Virus record (IMG/VR): IMGVR_UViG_3300048121_001678
Location: 124,001-188,000 of that record
DNA: 64,000 nt
Strand: one strand, 5' to 3'
How positions within the stretch are numbered: position 1 is the stretch's first letter; each line of letters opens with the position of its first letter. The translations under genes and the position numbers were made by a program. This document shows positions 30,701 to 40,211 of this stretch, piece by piece. A model generated the notes under the pieces. It had not been told where the DNA came from. It searched no databases and saw only the letters and a program-made list of their open reading frames with translations.

Positions 30701-32383
30701 ATTAGGTCCTTTCTCACACTCAGCTAAATCTTGAGTCATATTTGACGTTCTCCAAGCAAGGTTCTCAAGTGATAACATATATTTAGTCATGTTTTCACCT
30801 TTATCATTTACCCCAAAATTTGTTGGTATTCCTCCTGATTTTTGTGGTGCAATATTTAAATTATATGTGTTATCCAAAACAGAATTGGTAAATTTACGTA
30901 TGTTACCATCCCTTTTTTGTAAGTCAGCCATTGTATAGTATGGTGTGTCTTTTGTGAATACACGACAATATTCCTCACCAACAAACGCACCATTTTCATT
31001 AACATATCTTTTAACTCTTGAACCCTTAGTTATCTCACGTGTCCCGTCAAAAAATACTTTAGACACTTGATTAATTGCGGTACCAACGTGACTTAAACGT
31101 GCTTGACCCTGTAGTCCATCCGCAGAATCAACTAATCTCTGTGTATCATCAAGTATTGACCCTTCAGTTAATTTATAACTACTTGAAGATGATGAGGTAA
31201 ATTGTGAACTAATAGGTCCAAATCCAGCATCTCCTGACTTGATATCACCACCTACACCAACTTTTTTACCCGCAGCCCCACTGCTTTTTGGTGATACCCA
31301 TGTGAATCCACCTTGGATATCGGGGTTATCCCCTGGCTCAACTGTGTTTAATCCAAATTTAAAATTTTGTTCACCTTCATATAGTTTAGCCAATTCTCCA
31401 TAACCTCTAACTGCCGTTTGAACTCTCTCACCATCCATATTAACAGGTAACTCATCAGGTGGAGAAATTATATCGTTAGGGTCCTGAGTTCGTTTACCAA
31501 CATAGTAGTTACCGTTAGGTGCACTTAAATTAAGGTCAGAAATAAAGTTTGCTTTATAGTCAGGTCTAAATCTATTATACTCAAGTGATTTAAACATTGT
31601 TGATGTCTGACCACCACCAGTATTATTTAGGAATATATCAGAACCACTTTTTCTCTCAGGTAGCAGTTTACCACCACCAAATAAATTAGAAATTTTGTTT
31701 ACCGCAATGTTTGAGTATACTTTTTTACCACCAAAATAATCACCTGGTATCCATGAAAAAGGAACATAAACACCAGTAATTCTACTTATAAAATCTAATC
31801 CCTTCCCAACTATGTTTGTTGGTGAGGATATTACCCAATCAGGCTCTATTAACTCTTGTCGTCCTGTTAAAATATCTGCGGCAATGAAAGGGTCTTTTAA
31901 GGCATTAAGGAAGTTTGCTCGACCTAATGTCTCTTGTCTAATCTCCTCATCAACACGGTACTGAAATTCATCTTTCAATGATTTTGCACCAATCTGAATC
32001 ATTGCAGAATCTTGTGTTAACGAACCATTAGTTCCCTGTGGGTCTTTATTAAATAGTATATCAGCGCTTGTATATGTTGATGAAACAAACTTAAAATAAG
32101 TGTCCCTATCAGTGATTAACTGTTGTACATCTTGTACACTATACCTATTATCATATCCCCCTGCTGGTCCATATTGATTCTGTAAAAATAATTTTACTTC
32201 TTCAACATCACCAATATCCTCAACCTCGGCACTATCAACAACTGCGTAGTTTGAAAGTATTAATTCAGACTGTCCAGGATTTGTAGAAGGGGCAAAACCA
32301 TCACTATTAAAAGGTGGTAAGTTTTTGACCAACAGTTTTTTTCTGAAGTTTTCTGTAGAATTAAATGATAATGGACTTGGCAT
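27746..32383 (-). CDS. Large baseplate/tube-initiator (gp48/gp54-like) protein with an inserted OmpA-like domain
   Basis: WFPPYDLRVDENVSASW...GRPEPIYTYSNTQRQGSLSF and PPICILRVGD...ADVTLSFYFIG flank YFDND...GSASS...YNVNLSKRRVDSV...CRR; lies between tape measure and gp53-like genes. Confidence 0.7.
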   Translation of the reverse strand: MPSPLSFNSTENFRKKLLVKNLPPFNSDGFAPSTNPGQSELILSNYAVVDSAEVEDIGDVEEVKLFLQNQYGPAGGYDNRYSVQDVQQLITDRDTYFKFVSSTYTSADILFNKDPQGTNGSLTQDSAMIQIGAKSLKDEFQYRVDEEIRQETLGRANFLNALKDPFIAADILTGRQELIEPDWVISSPTNIVGKGLDFISRITGVYVPFSWIPGDYFGGKKVYSNIAVNKISNLFGGGKLLPERKSGSDIFLNNTGGGQTSTMFKSLEYNRFRPDYKANFISDLNLSAPNGNYYVGKRTQDPNDIISPPDELPVNMDGERVQTAVRGYGELAKLYEGEQNFKFGLNTVEPGDNPDIQGGFTWVSPKSSGAAGKKVGVGGDIKSGDAGFGPISSQFTSSSSSSYKLTEGSILDDTQRLVDSADGLQGQARLSHVGTAINQVSKVFFDGTREITKGSRVKRYVNENGAFVGEEYCRVFTKDTPYYTMADLQKRDGNIRKFTNSVLDNTYNLNIAPQKSGGIPTNFGVNDKGENMTKYMLSLENLAWRTSNMTQDLAECEKGPNGGRVMWFPPYDLRVDENVSASWTTNDFLGRPEPIYTYSNTQRQGSLSFKIIVDHPSVLNTLVDKELANVTPDSEVTKIVDSFFSGCKTLDIYELARKYGQLSFNDIYEVVSKTNNPDVFREVVKEIPKQNPEPDNVETETIQKPNFNQFEGVNLYFDNDKPDSRSRGTTSSVNYDVTYNNYIAKKSDYLTKAKTINEEQQVETFFENNIEKGKNELDSLIDKLVDAATNKFGVNILLTGSASSPNDKSYNVNLSKRRVDSVKKQILNDPRIKKVNEKGYIGIQSAFSGESITIGGTDCSQEITNKVAKIYSTQAMKCRRTTIKSINIISPPVEETPPVEEETTSVSVGDDKVAVIEKGKGAPRTTSEVSLREGITKKVLRKLLSECDYFESVAEDTSFLYQGIKEKIKYFNPTFHSMTPEGLNSRLTFLQQCMRPGETIPTIGPDGQPLENNALNTSFGSPPICILRVGDFFHTKIAINQMSIRYEPLTLDINPEGIGVQPMIADVTLSFYFIGGHGLKGPVARLQNALSFNYYANTEMYDERAVATEDTTKIDLETIEALGPEVPFSIDDISNLDTKDGGSTIGEITSKEISNSGTSISGVINYKTIMDDLIVKYETYRDSIGPSLQSVAENYGEIGLRLFTKDRNLIEGNIASVAYVANGNTKLFGKSEKITEKVSYQFEQSLIDVDNDKHPLQFANKTQTFSEGNDFKRKDVRKYNNKLKQIINSRINNFESEMVTNLQTLTKYETDLTRVIDKMNVINEEIDGFIQGGNTVVYDLTATTEVYSSNYANTLDELNGDLVIIQDKLNELDTITKTKVYNVNNNGFEILSLENTNTTYQKDLSMTIMVSDFSDAEFKRFYLTFYRYMLDNSNDLIDELTKFVKENKFKNTEIWVKSITDNINNLLSDFKKGETQIKKLFEAYENETKLKSEFNDIPYTKGKIREFTFTNNPSPSALDKDLIDILYTGGNEGDPTKWNNKVKLQ

Positions 32384-32428
32384 CTATTTTAGTTTACTAT
32401 ATAAATAGACGAATTACTTATTTTATAA

Positions 32429-34231
32429 TTAATAAGTCGTTCCTTGTCTAGCAATTTCTTGTTGTATCATATTAGTTAAGTTTGACAAAGCCGCTGGGTC
32501 TGTTTGTAATGATTGTATTGTCATTCCTGCACCCTGTAACTGTATGGTTCCTGTATGGTTTACATTTAGGTCCTCATGTTTTTGTATTGCGGTTTCAACC
32601 TTCATCGGAGTATTCGTTGTTATTTCCGCAATATTAACAGGTGATAAACTTAGTGGTGTAGGGTTACTCATTGTACCCATAGTATTACTCGATGAGGTAT
32701 TTGGATTTATTGGTACATTAGTATTACTTGCAGGTCTTGGGGTGTTTTGAGTACTTCCTGATGACGAACTAAAAGAAGGTAATGTATATGTTGGAAGCGG
32801 TACACTTGGTAGATTTATACCTTGAAGCAAATCATTAAATCCAACAGCAATTGATTTACCAAGACCTATTGCCCCTTCATTTGCATACGTGGTAAAAGCG
32901 TCACTAAAAATACGTCCGGCGTCTTTGAAGACGTCGTCTGTTACTTCAAATGCTTTTTGTACGTTTTCAGGTGTTAAAGATTTCTCGATAGTCCCACTAA
33001 TTGTCTCGGCGGTGGATTTTAACCTAGTTTCTAACTTATCAAATTCATCAGTTGCTGCAACTCCGGCGGTAATACCTTTAGCACCTTGTTTAAGGGTAGT
33101 TTCTATTTGTTCTAAAACCGTAAGTTGTTCTACTGCAACTTCTTTTGAACTCAACTGACCTTTTTGAAAACTGTCTTTTAATGTAGCAATTTCTTCAGTT
33201 GTCAAGTCGGTTGCTGACTTCAACACTTCTTGACCAGGTATTTTAAATTTTAACTCACCCCCCTCAAACTGACCAATATTTGATAAAAATTCTTTAGTAT
33301 CGTCATCATAGTTACTACTAAAATCTAATTGTGATAGTGCCTCCTGTTTTTGTGCAGATTTCACTGCAGTATTAGCTAATTCTTCATAGTCCATACCAAG
33401 AGCACTTGCCTGAGCCCTTAATCTTCTCATCTCAGTCGCTGAAATAGCAAAACTACCTGTTTCTGAATTAAATGATACCGTAGCACTCGCAGCGTCAATA
33501 ATCGATTCTTGGAGACCATCAATATCATTCTGAGCCATGTTCATTAACTGAAATGGGTCCGCTAAAGCACCAACAGCACCACCTAACATTTGGAACTCAG
33601 CAGCTAGATTGATTGCTTCAGAAGGGTCGAGTAGTTTACCCGCCAAACTAGTTACATCCGCCATGTTAATTCTTAATGCCTGAGAACGAGCAACCATATT
33701 AGTAAATCCTTCTACACCATTTCTAAAATTATAAGAGTTGATAAGTTTTACATTAGCACCAACAGTTTTTAAGAATTGTCCTGTATTAAGACCTAAAGAC
33801 GCCGCCCTTTTACGTGATAACTCTATTTGTTCAGCAGCTTGAGTCGGCCCAACACCTATCGAGTCAAAACCCTCAACTAAGGAACCCATATCTTCACCAG
33901 TAAGATTCGCGGCTTTTTGAATTGCTACAAAATTTTCAAGTTGTTCATTAGTTAGATAAACATTTCTTTGTAATGAAGTGGTAATTGAAGCGTAGACAGA
34001 ACCAACCTCAGACGCAGTAACACCTAATTTAGCCATATTACCCACCGCCTGTGCAATTTCTTTTCTCATCTCCTTCGCGGAATCTGCACCTTGACCGAAG
34101 ACATCGGCGGAAACTGATTTAGCAACTTTATCGAATTCTAAAATTGCTGATTGTAACTGAGTATAGGCCTGAGCGGCACTACTAAATGCCCCTTTTAAAT
34201 CTGATGGTCCACCTGTGTCTTGTAAAAACAT
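32429..34231 (-). CDS. Tail tape measure protein
   Basis: Ala/Gln-rich helical 600 aa protein downstream of the tube and chaperone genes; S/T/P-rich segment near the C-terminus. Confidence 0.75.
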   Translation of the reverse strand: MFLQDTGGPSDLKGAFSSAAQAYTQLQSAILEFDKVAKSVSADVFGQGADSAKEMRKEIAQAVGNMAKLGVTASEVGSVYASITTSLQRNVYLTNEQLENFVAIQKAANLTGEDMGSLVEGFDSIGVGPTQAAEQIELSRKRAASLGLNTGQFLKTVGANVKLINSYNFRNGVEGFTNMVARSQALRINMADVTSLAGKLLDPSEAINLAAEFQMLGGAVGALADPFQLMNMAQNDIDGLQESIIDAASATVSFNSETGSFAISATEMRRLRAQASALGMDYEELANTAVKSAQKQEALSQLDFSSNYDDDTKEFLSNIGQFEGGELKFKIPGQEVLKSATDLTTEEIATLKDSFQKGQLSSKEVAVEQLTVLEQIETTLKQGAKGITAGVAATDEFDKLETRLKSTAETISGTIEKSLTPENVQKAFEVTDDVFKDAGRIFSDAFTTYANEGAIGLGKSIAVGFNDLLQGINLPSVPLPTYTLPSFSSSSGSTQNTPRPASNTNVPINPNTSSSNTMGTMSNPTPLSLSPVNIAEITTNTPMKVETAIQKHEDLNVNHTGTIQLQGAGMTIQSLQTDPAALSNLTNMIQQEIARQGTTY

Positions 34232-34259
34232 TTAAATTACTTTTATTATAAATACCTTA

Positions 34260-34448
34260 TCAAGACTTTTGTCTGCGTTTTTCATTTAAGTTTTCCATAT
34301 CAGATATGAATTTATTAATAAAATACTTTCTTTCAAAAGTGGGCATTTTGAGCACGTCTGAGTATGAGAAACCTAATTCCTTAACGGAATAGTAAATCTC
34401 ATCGAGCATAGCTTGCCTGTAATCAGAAGAAAGGACGAAAAAACTCAC
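34260..34448 (-). CDS. Small tail assembly chaperone C-terminal ORF (gp51 / 'T'-like), possibly made by frameshift
   Basis: EIYYSVKELGFSYSDVLKMPTFERKYFI; overlaps the 3' end of the upstream chaperone in the +1 frame. Confidence 0.7.
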   Translation of the reverse strand: MSFFVLSSDYRQAMLDEIYYSVKELGFSYSDVLKMPTFERKYFINKFISDMENLNEKRRQKS

Positions 34449-35175
34449 CCCCGAAGGCTATACGAGTAGTAACCTTTTCTCCTGACGGGGCGTTAAAGAC
34501 GCGTGTCAAGTCTAATCTTGGCTCCGCACCTTCCATTGTTTTTTTAATATGTTTAGAATCTGCGATTGGTAAATTAGCAATTATTGATGAAATTTCTGAA
34601 AGGTCTTTTGACCCGTCAAATTCAACAATAGTTCTTTCAAGACGTTTTGTTACTACTGGTGTAACAACTCCATCAGGATATGATTCCATCATTTTTTGAA
34701 GTTCTTGAGTATCTCTTTGATTTAATAATCTACATTTTACCATTTTTTTAGAAACGGGTAACATTATTTCAAAAAGACCTTCTGTGTTTGGTTCGATAGT
34801 TGCCGCCTTAACTGAAATCTCGTCTAAGGTGATTGTACTTTCAAAATCTTTAAGTGTTTTTGGGTCTTTTAAATTAAAGGTATAACTACTACCAAATGAA
34901 GTGTTTCTTAGAAATATTAAAATCGCTTCAACATCACATTCAAGTAGTTCCATTGGGTCAAAATTTGGCTCGTATATTTTATTCCTCAAAAGAGTCATAA
35001 TTACATTGTCATTTTGCCTTTGACCACCTAATAAGGTGTTTTCATCAGAAGCAGTTAAATAACCAACTTTAATTGATGATTTACCATTTGCATAAAATTT
35101 ACCTTTAGAGGGTAACTCAACCACGTCATGTGGTAGGTTAAAATCTTGTTGTCCATATTGTGCTGATGTATCCAT
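34423..35175 (-). CDS. Baseplate hub / tail assembly chaperone (T4 gp26-like)
   Basis: VELPSKGKFY, LTASDENTL, DVEAILIFLRNTSFG, C-terminal FFRP; lies between tube and tape measure genes. Confidence 0.8.
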   Translation of the reverse strand: MDTSAQYGQQDFNLPHDVVELPSKGKFYANGKSSIKVGYLTASDENTLLGGQRQNDNVIMTLLRNKIYEPNFDPMELLECDVEAILIFLRNTSFGSSYTFNLKDPKTLKDFESTITLDEISVKAATIEPNTEGLFEIMLPVSKKMVKCRLLNQRDTQELQKMMESYPDGVVTPVVTKRLERTIVEFDGSKDLSEISSIIANLPIADSKHIKKTMEGAEPRLDLTRVFNAPSGEKVTTRIAFGGEFFRPFF

Positions 35176-35187
35176 ATTTTGTAAATT

Positions 35188-35220
35188 AAAAAACCATAGA
35201 AAGTTTCCCTTCTATGGTTT
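35188..35220 (-). terminator. Intrinsic terminator with a GAAA loop, after the tail tube gene
   Basis: Minus strand AAACCATAGAAGG-GAAA-CTTTCTATGG-TTTTTT. Confidence 0.8.
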
Positions 35221-35221
35221 A

Positions 35222-35249
35222 ATTATAGTTGAACTGATTTTAACGTAAA
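35222..35249 (-). promoter_or_regulatory. Sigma70-like promoter TTTACG-N16-TATAAT
   Basis: Perfect -10 box in the same CAACTATAAT context as the 20024 promoter. Confidence 0.5.
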
Positions 35250-35258
35250 TAGTATTTC

Positions 35259-35747
35259 TTAATAAACTAAAACACATCTATCAGGACGTAATGTCGCCGT
35301 AATAGTTGCAATACCATCGTCAGAGTAACCTAACGAATCAAAGTTCACATCAGTTAAGAATGTTCCTTGTAATATCCACTTTTCGACAGCTACACCTGTT
35401 GGGTCTAACATTTCTAAGTTGATATTCTTTTTATATCCTGCTGCGTATCCCATACGACCAGTTACAGATTCTGCGTGTAAACGAACCCACTCCATTAATG
35501 CTTGTGAAGCTGAAGGACCGATTGGGTCACGGAATGTCACGTTAAGTGTACTCCATGTGAACCTACCTGCCACATATGTTGAAGTGTTTAAAAAAGGAAC
35601 CTCAACAGGGTTAATTGATACTTGTGGACGTGAAGTTGACTCTACGTACCAAGAGTTGATACCTAACGACGAATCGAAAGTCATTATAAACCTGTTCTTT
35701 CTTTTTGGTTCGTAAGGTACCGGCATTTTCATTAATAAATCAGCCAT
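35259..35747 (-). CDS. Tail tube protein (T4 gp19-like)
   Basis: EPKRKNRF, RPQV, YVAGRFTWSTLNVTFRDPI, GYKKNINLEMLDPTG..VEKWIL.G, LRPDRC. Confidence 0.9.
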   Translation of the reverse strand: MADLLMKMPVPYEPKRKNRFIMTFDSSLGINSWYVESTSRPQVSINPVEVPFLNTSTYVAGRFTWSTLNVTFRDPIGPSASQALMEWVRLHAESVTGRMGYAAGYKKNINLEMLDPTGVAVEKWILQGTFLTDVNFDSLGYSDDGIATITATLRPDRCVLVY

Positions 35748-35865
35748 TGTATTTTAATTTTAATTGTTTTTTAGTTTATTACTTATAAATAGTTGAAGTC
35801 TTAAAATTTTTTCTATTTACTTTTAATCTTAATTTTCCATAATATATAAAAATATCTAGAAAATT

Positions 35866-36720
35866 TTATACTTCTATTTTATCTCCTCCTTTAGTTAAAT
35901 AAGTTTTAACTGGTTTTTCATCTTTATATTCTTTATCTAGAAAATCTTTAATAGAATCAATATTTCCTGGGTCATCATCAGAAAATCCAATCATTGGTAC
36001 AAAGTTATTTTTTACATCATTTTTGAAAAAAGCTCTTTGATTAAGTTTTGATGACATTTCTTTCACATATGAGATAAATCCTCTTAATGCCTTTATCTTA
36101 CCCTCCTCAGGATTCGCAGCACTACCTTCACCATATGTCACAGGGTGGAACTTCAACATATCTAAGTATTTTTCAATCATATCTTCACTAGTCATTTCTT
36201 CTTCACCAGCAAATTCACGAAATCTTTTAAGATTACCTATTAACTCTTCCTTACTTATACCCTTGTGGTTCGTCATAATCATATTATAGACCGCATCTCT
36301 TAATACTGAGGGTGTGTGTCCACGTGCGGTGATGATTGAGAATATAGACCCCCCATTTACCGCTTCAACAAAATCTTCCCATGATGGACCAACATCAGCA
36401 ACCATAGAATCAACTATAAATTGTGAATCACCCTTTACGGTAAAGTTTCTATACGGGTCTTCAGCATAACCAACAATTGTTTCACCATTATAGTTAAAAG
36501 GTTCTTTACCCAATATACCTCTATATTCTGCAAAATCTTCAGTAGACATACCAATTTCTTTACCTTCATCATTCAACACAATAATTTGTGTTGGCATATA
36601 AAGTATGTTGTCGTCCCAATCGAAAGCATAATACTTTAAATTAGGGTTACCGACATCATCAAAACCCTCTTTGAGTTCTTTTTCTTCGATGTACTCTTTT
36701 AATATTTTACGAAATATCAT
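35866..36720 (-). CDS. HAD-superfamily phosphatase-like protein
   Basis: Motif I YYAFDWDDNIL, motif II SIITARGH, Lys in EEGKIKAL, motif IV IGFSDDD. Confidence 0.75.
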   Translation of the reverse strand: MIFRKILKEYIEEKELKEGFDDVGNPNLKYYAFDWDDNILYMPTQIIVLNDEGKEIGMSTEDFAEYRGILGKEPFNYNGETIVGYAEDPYRNFTVKGDSQFIVDSMVADVGPSWEDFVEAVNGGSIFSIITARGHTPSVLRDAVYNMIMTNHKGISKEELIGNLKRFREFAGEEEMTSEDMIEKYLDMLKFHPVTYGEGSAANPEEGKIKALRGFISYVKEMSSKLNQRAFFKNDVKNNFVPMIGFSDDDPGNIDSIKDFLDKEYKDEKPVKTYLTKGGDKIEV

Positions 36721-36860
36721 TTCTTGTTGTTTAATTTTTCGATTAGTCTTTCAAGTTGTTCTTCAGATATAATTACATTTTGTGGTTTTTCTGAAAAAGT
36801 CTTAACCCCATTATCTTTCACATTGAGGTGTTCTGTTAACATGTGCTTTTTAAATTCCAT
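36717..36860 (-). CDS. 47-aa protein MEFKKHMLTEHLNVKDNGVKTFSEKPQNVIISEEQLERLIEKLNNKK
   Basis: Not in the track. Fills the gap, has an A-rich leader and an ATGA overlap with the HAD gene, and follows the TATTTATA at 36925-36932. Confidence 0.75.
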   Translation of the reverse strand: MEFKKHMLTEHLNVKDNGVKTFSEKPQNVIISEEQLERLIEKLNNKK

Positions 36861-36894
36861 TTCTTTAATTTATTTAAACGTTTAATTAAGGCTA

Positions 36895-36919
36895 ATGGGG
36901 ACCACTATGTAGTCCCCAT
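36895..36919 (-). other. GC-rich RNA hairpin (ATGGGGACTAC-ATA-GTGGTCCCCAT)
   Basis: 11-bp stem with one G-U pair and no U-tract; 5 nt downstream of the late-type motif. Confidence 0.6.
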
Positions 36920-36939
36920 ATTAATATAAATATACCGAA

Positions 36940-39900
36940 TTAGATATCTTCGAAAGATGCTCCTGTTGGAGTTATCAAGAATTCAATATCGATGAATTCA
37001 AGTGCTCTCGTTGGTTTAAGATAAATCTTACCCGTTAACGTGTTATTATCCAAATCTTCAGGTGTGTTTTCTACAACCACACGGAAGTCAATAAGACCTC
37101 TATCTCTTCTAATTGAGTCTAAGATTGGATTAACCGCATCTAAGAAGTCTTGTCTTACTTGGTCATCATTCTGTTCGAACAATAATCTTACCGCCACCGC
37201 AGAAATCAATTTACGTGCTTGTAACAATAATCTTCTTACGTTAATTCTATCAAGTGCAGATTCTCTAAGTTGTAGAGTTTTATTACCCCAAATTACGGTA
37301 CCGACATCAGAGAAGGTTGCAATTGGGTTTAATCTACCTTGATATAGTGTATCTCTATCTTCTTGTGTTAGCTTCTTACGTGCTTTAACAGAATTAACTA
37401 AACCTCTTGTGTAACCCGCAGTTGCGAACCAAGGGAAAGCTACGTTATCCGTTAACGCCAAGTTTTTAACTACCTCAGATGTTGGTGGAATATAAACTTG
37501 TGTGTTATTTACACCATCTCTTGTTAAAATCCATGGGTAATAAGTTGCAGTGTAGTTAGAATCAATATCTGATTCCTCTAAATTGTCAACCGCTTCATCA
37601 GGATAGATAAAGTCCGTATCAAATGACGATGTGTTAGGTACAAACATATTGTAATCAGGTGTTGTACAGATGTAGATAGAATCTGCTCTATCTGTTTCAA
37701 TCATATCAATTGCATCCTCAACTAAGTTTGAATGATTAGTATAATCAATACCTGGTGTTACAAAAATATTAATGTTTACCGCTTCAGGGTTTTCAAAAGT
37801 TTTCTGACCCATTAAGTAAGCGTAGTAATCAGTATTTGCCCAATCAGTTGAATCTTCACCTACTGTGATTTGTTTAAACTGTCCCCATCCTGATGCTGTT
37901 GGGAATGTAGGTGAAGGTGTAGCACCTAATAAGTAACCTGTACCACCTAATCTAAACGAGTCTTGATTAGAACGGAATTCTCTGTAAACATCCCATCCGT
38001 CAAAACCACCTTTAGCTAATAAAGTGAATTTACGTGCATTTAATTTATAGTAAGGATTAGTTTGGGATGTTGGTTCACTTGTGAAATCCGCGACACCGAC
38101 ATCAAACGCTGACGTACCTGAACTAATATATTGACCAGAAATTGTAACAACAGTTGCTCCTGAATCCATATGGAAACCTTTTGTAAGGTAAGACCAATCA
38201 CTACTTTCAGTTGCTGTTCCTAAGTTAGATGGGTTTTGTTTACCACCATAGTTAAAGAAGTCTGGGTCAATTCCAACAGTATTAGAAATACCTAAATAAG
38301 TTTTTCTCACTTTATCACCTGAACTTCTCGTAGCGTTACTACTTCCTGCGGTTGTACCGAATGGTGGGTTATAAATAACTTCTCCTGGTGTGTTATATTT
38401 TGTTTTAAATTCAACAAAAGGACTCCTTGCCCCTGAGTATTCTCTCATCACATAACCTTCAAATCCACATGGTAGTGCATCTACAGGTGCGTCTTCATCC
38501 ATATCTAACATTATGAATCTTGACTTAAGTTCAAACTCACCGTTAGAAGTACCAACTTTCTTAGCCACGTAACCATTCTCACCTGGACTCATAGTACAGT
38601 TTGTGAATTTTTCTAAAACTACCGGATTTGCATCTGTATCAAAATAATCACGAACGATTATATCAAATGTGTTATTTGAGAATGACATATTTGTCAATGA
38701 TACTTTTACTAAATTATTAGCCGCGTTACCATCAGATATTAAGATAAACCTAAATAACCTATCTACTTTACTACCTCTTAGTTCTGAAACCACAAACGGT
38801 GTTGATGGTGTTTGATACTGTTCTAAATACCAACCAATTGAAGTATTGCTAGCATTATCTTCTCTAGCTGAAGGTAAATTAATTAATTCACAATTAAGTC
38901 CACGAACTTTACCAAGTCTATATCCTTGTGTTAGTAATGAGTAATATGTTTCTTCCACAAATAATGGGAACTCACTACTTGTTTTACCGAAATTAGTAGA
39001 ACCAAAAACTTTAGTTAGGTAGTTTGTATCTGATAGTGAAAAAGATGTTTTAAATGTAAAAACATCACCACCCGACGTTAAACCTGATATTCCAAATGGT
39101 GAGTAAGGATTTTTCTGTACATCAGCGTATGAACCTGAACAATCCATTACTACATCAGTTAACCCTGTTACGTTGTAAACGGGTCCACCATCAGAGTTGT
39201 CATTAACACCTCTTGAACGAAGTGTTGCAACAACAACATCATTATATTCAGTGAATGCCGTTGCGTTGTATGTTAATACAGTACCACTAATCGTACCTGC
39301 AAAGACACCAGGACTTGTTTCTGTAAATGTTCCCGGTTCCATAACTGCATTAAATGACATACCCGAATAGTTGTCCCCTGAACCAGGTTCAAAACACCCG
39401 TAATACCAAGGGTCCATTAATGAGTCATCATAATCTGCAACTGAATTGTATAAACCATCAACACCTAAGTTATTAGTAACTGTTGTATAACCGTTACCAG
39501 TATACGCAGAATATACTGAATCTGTTAATACTCCCCATTGAGAAGAGGTTGTTGCTGATGACGGATTATCTAACATTAAATTGAGTACAAAAGTTTGTAA
39601 CTGACCTTTAATAGTTGCTGAATCACCGTTATATAAGGTAATGTCATCATCAAAGTAATCACTAATTGGTGATGGGATAGTACCAGTAAATTCAACAGTG
39701 TCTGTTGAACCTGTACTACCCGTAAATGTTACCGACCAAGTGGTTTCTACAGGTGTAGATAATGTTGCCGGGTCTAAGTTTGCTTGAGTCGTTATAGACC
39801 AAGACGGACCCGCATCATAACCTGATAAACCTAATACTCTGGTTACAAATAATTGATTTGATTGTTGTAAATATGCTTTCGCAATATATGCCGCTTCATA

Positions 39901-40122
39901 TTTTGGAATTTGTGTGTTCACAAATTTAGTTGGATTTGTTCCCCCGAAGTAGGATTGAAACTCGTCAAAGTTTGTGATAAAAATTGGTTCAAATGCGGGA
40001 CCTGTTAATGTCTCCCCTACTAAACCTAAAGTTGTTACCCCAACACTTTGTGCTACGAAACTCAAATCTCTTTCTGATGTATATACACCTGGTGAAACGA
40101 AGACTGTGTTTGAACTTGCCAT
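36940..40122 (-). CDS. Contractile tail sheath protein (T4 gp18-like)
   Basis: VSPGVYTSERDLS, GETLTGPAFEP, YYPW, PWFATAGYTRG, INVRRLLL, FEQND, PTRALEFIDIEF. Confidence 0.95.
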   Translation of the reverse strand: MASSNTVFVSPGVYTSERDLSFVAQSVGVTTLGLVGETLTGPAFEPIFITNFDEFQSYFGGTNPTKFVNTQIPKYEAAYIAKAYLQQSNQLFVTRVLGLSGYDAGPSWSITTQANLDPATLSTPVETTWSVTFTGSTGSTDTVEFTGTIPSPISDYFDDDITLYNGDSATIKGQLQTFVLNLMLDNPSSATTSSQWGVLTDSVYSAYTGNGYTTVTNNLGVDGLYNSVADYDDSLMDPWYYGCFEPGSGDNYSGMSFNAVMEPGTFTETSPGVFAGTISGTVLTYNATAFTEYNDVVVATLRSRGVNDNSDGGPVYNVTGLTDVVMDCSGSYADVQKNPYSPFGISGLTSGGDVFTFKTSFSLSDTNYLTKVFGSTNFGKTSSEFPLFVEETYYSLLTQGYRLGKVRGLNCELINLPSAREDNASNTSIGWYLEQYQTPSTPFVVSELRGSKVDRLFRFILISDGNAANNLVKVSLTNMSFSNNTFDIIVRDYFDTDANPVVLEKFTNCTMSPGENGYVAKKVGTSNGEFELKSRFIMLDMDEDAPVDALPCGFEGYVMREYSGARSPFVEFKTKYNTPGEVIYNPPFGTTAGSSNATRSSGDKVRKTYLGISNTVGIDPDFFNYGGKQNPSNLGTATESSDWSYLTKGFHMDSGATVVTISGQYISSGTSAFDVGVADFTSEPTSQTNPYYKLNARKFTLLAKGGFDGWDVYREFRSNQDSFRLGGTGYLLGATPSPTFPTASGWGQFKQITVGEDSTDWANTDYYAYLMGQKTFENPEAVNINIFVTPGIDYTNHSNLVEDAIDMIETDRADSIYICTTPDYNMFVPNTSSFDTDFIYPDEAVDNLEESDIDSNYTATYYPWILTRDGVNNTQVYIPPTSEVVKNLALTDNVAFPWFATAGYTRGLVNSVKARKKLTQEDRDTLYQGRLNPIATFSDVGTVIWGNKTLQLRESALDRINVRRLLLQARKLISAVAVRLLFEQNDDQVRQDFLDAVNPILDSIRRDRGLIDFRVVVENTPEDLDNNTLTGKIYLKPTRALEFIDIEFLITPTGASFEDI

Positions 40123-40211
40123 GTTTTTTTAATTTCTTTTAGAATTTATTTTATTATAAATATTTAGAAAAAACGCAAAAAACTTTCACTGAGGGGACAT
40201 ATTTATAAATT

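Noticed and set aside
35813-35843. Possible plus-strand promoter TTTACT-N16-CATAAT, antisense to the HAD gene
   Set aside because: Very AT-rich context and no downstream plus-strand gene; cannot be distinguished from chance.
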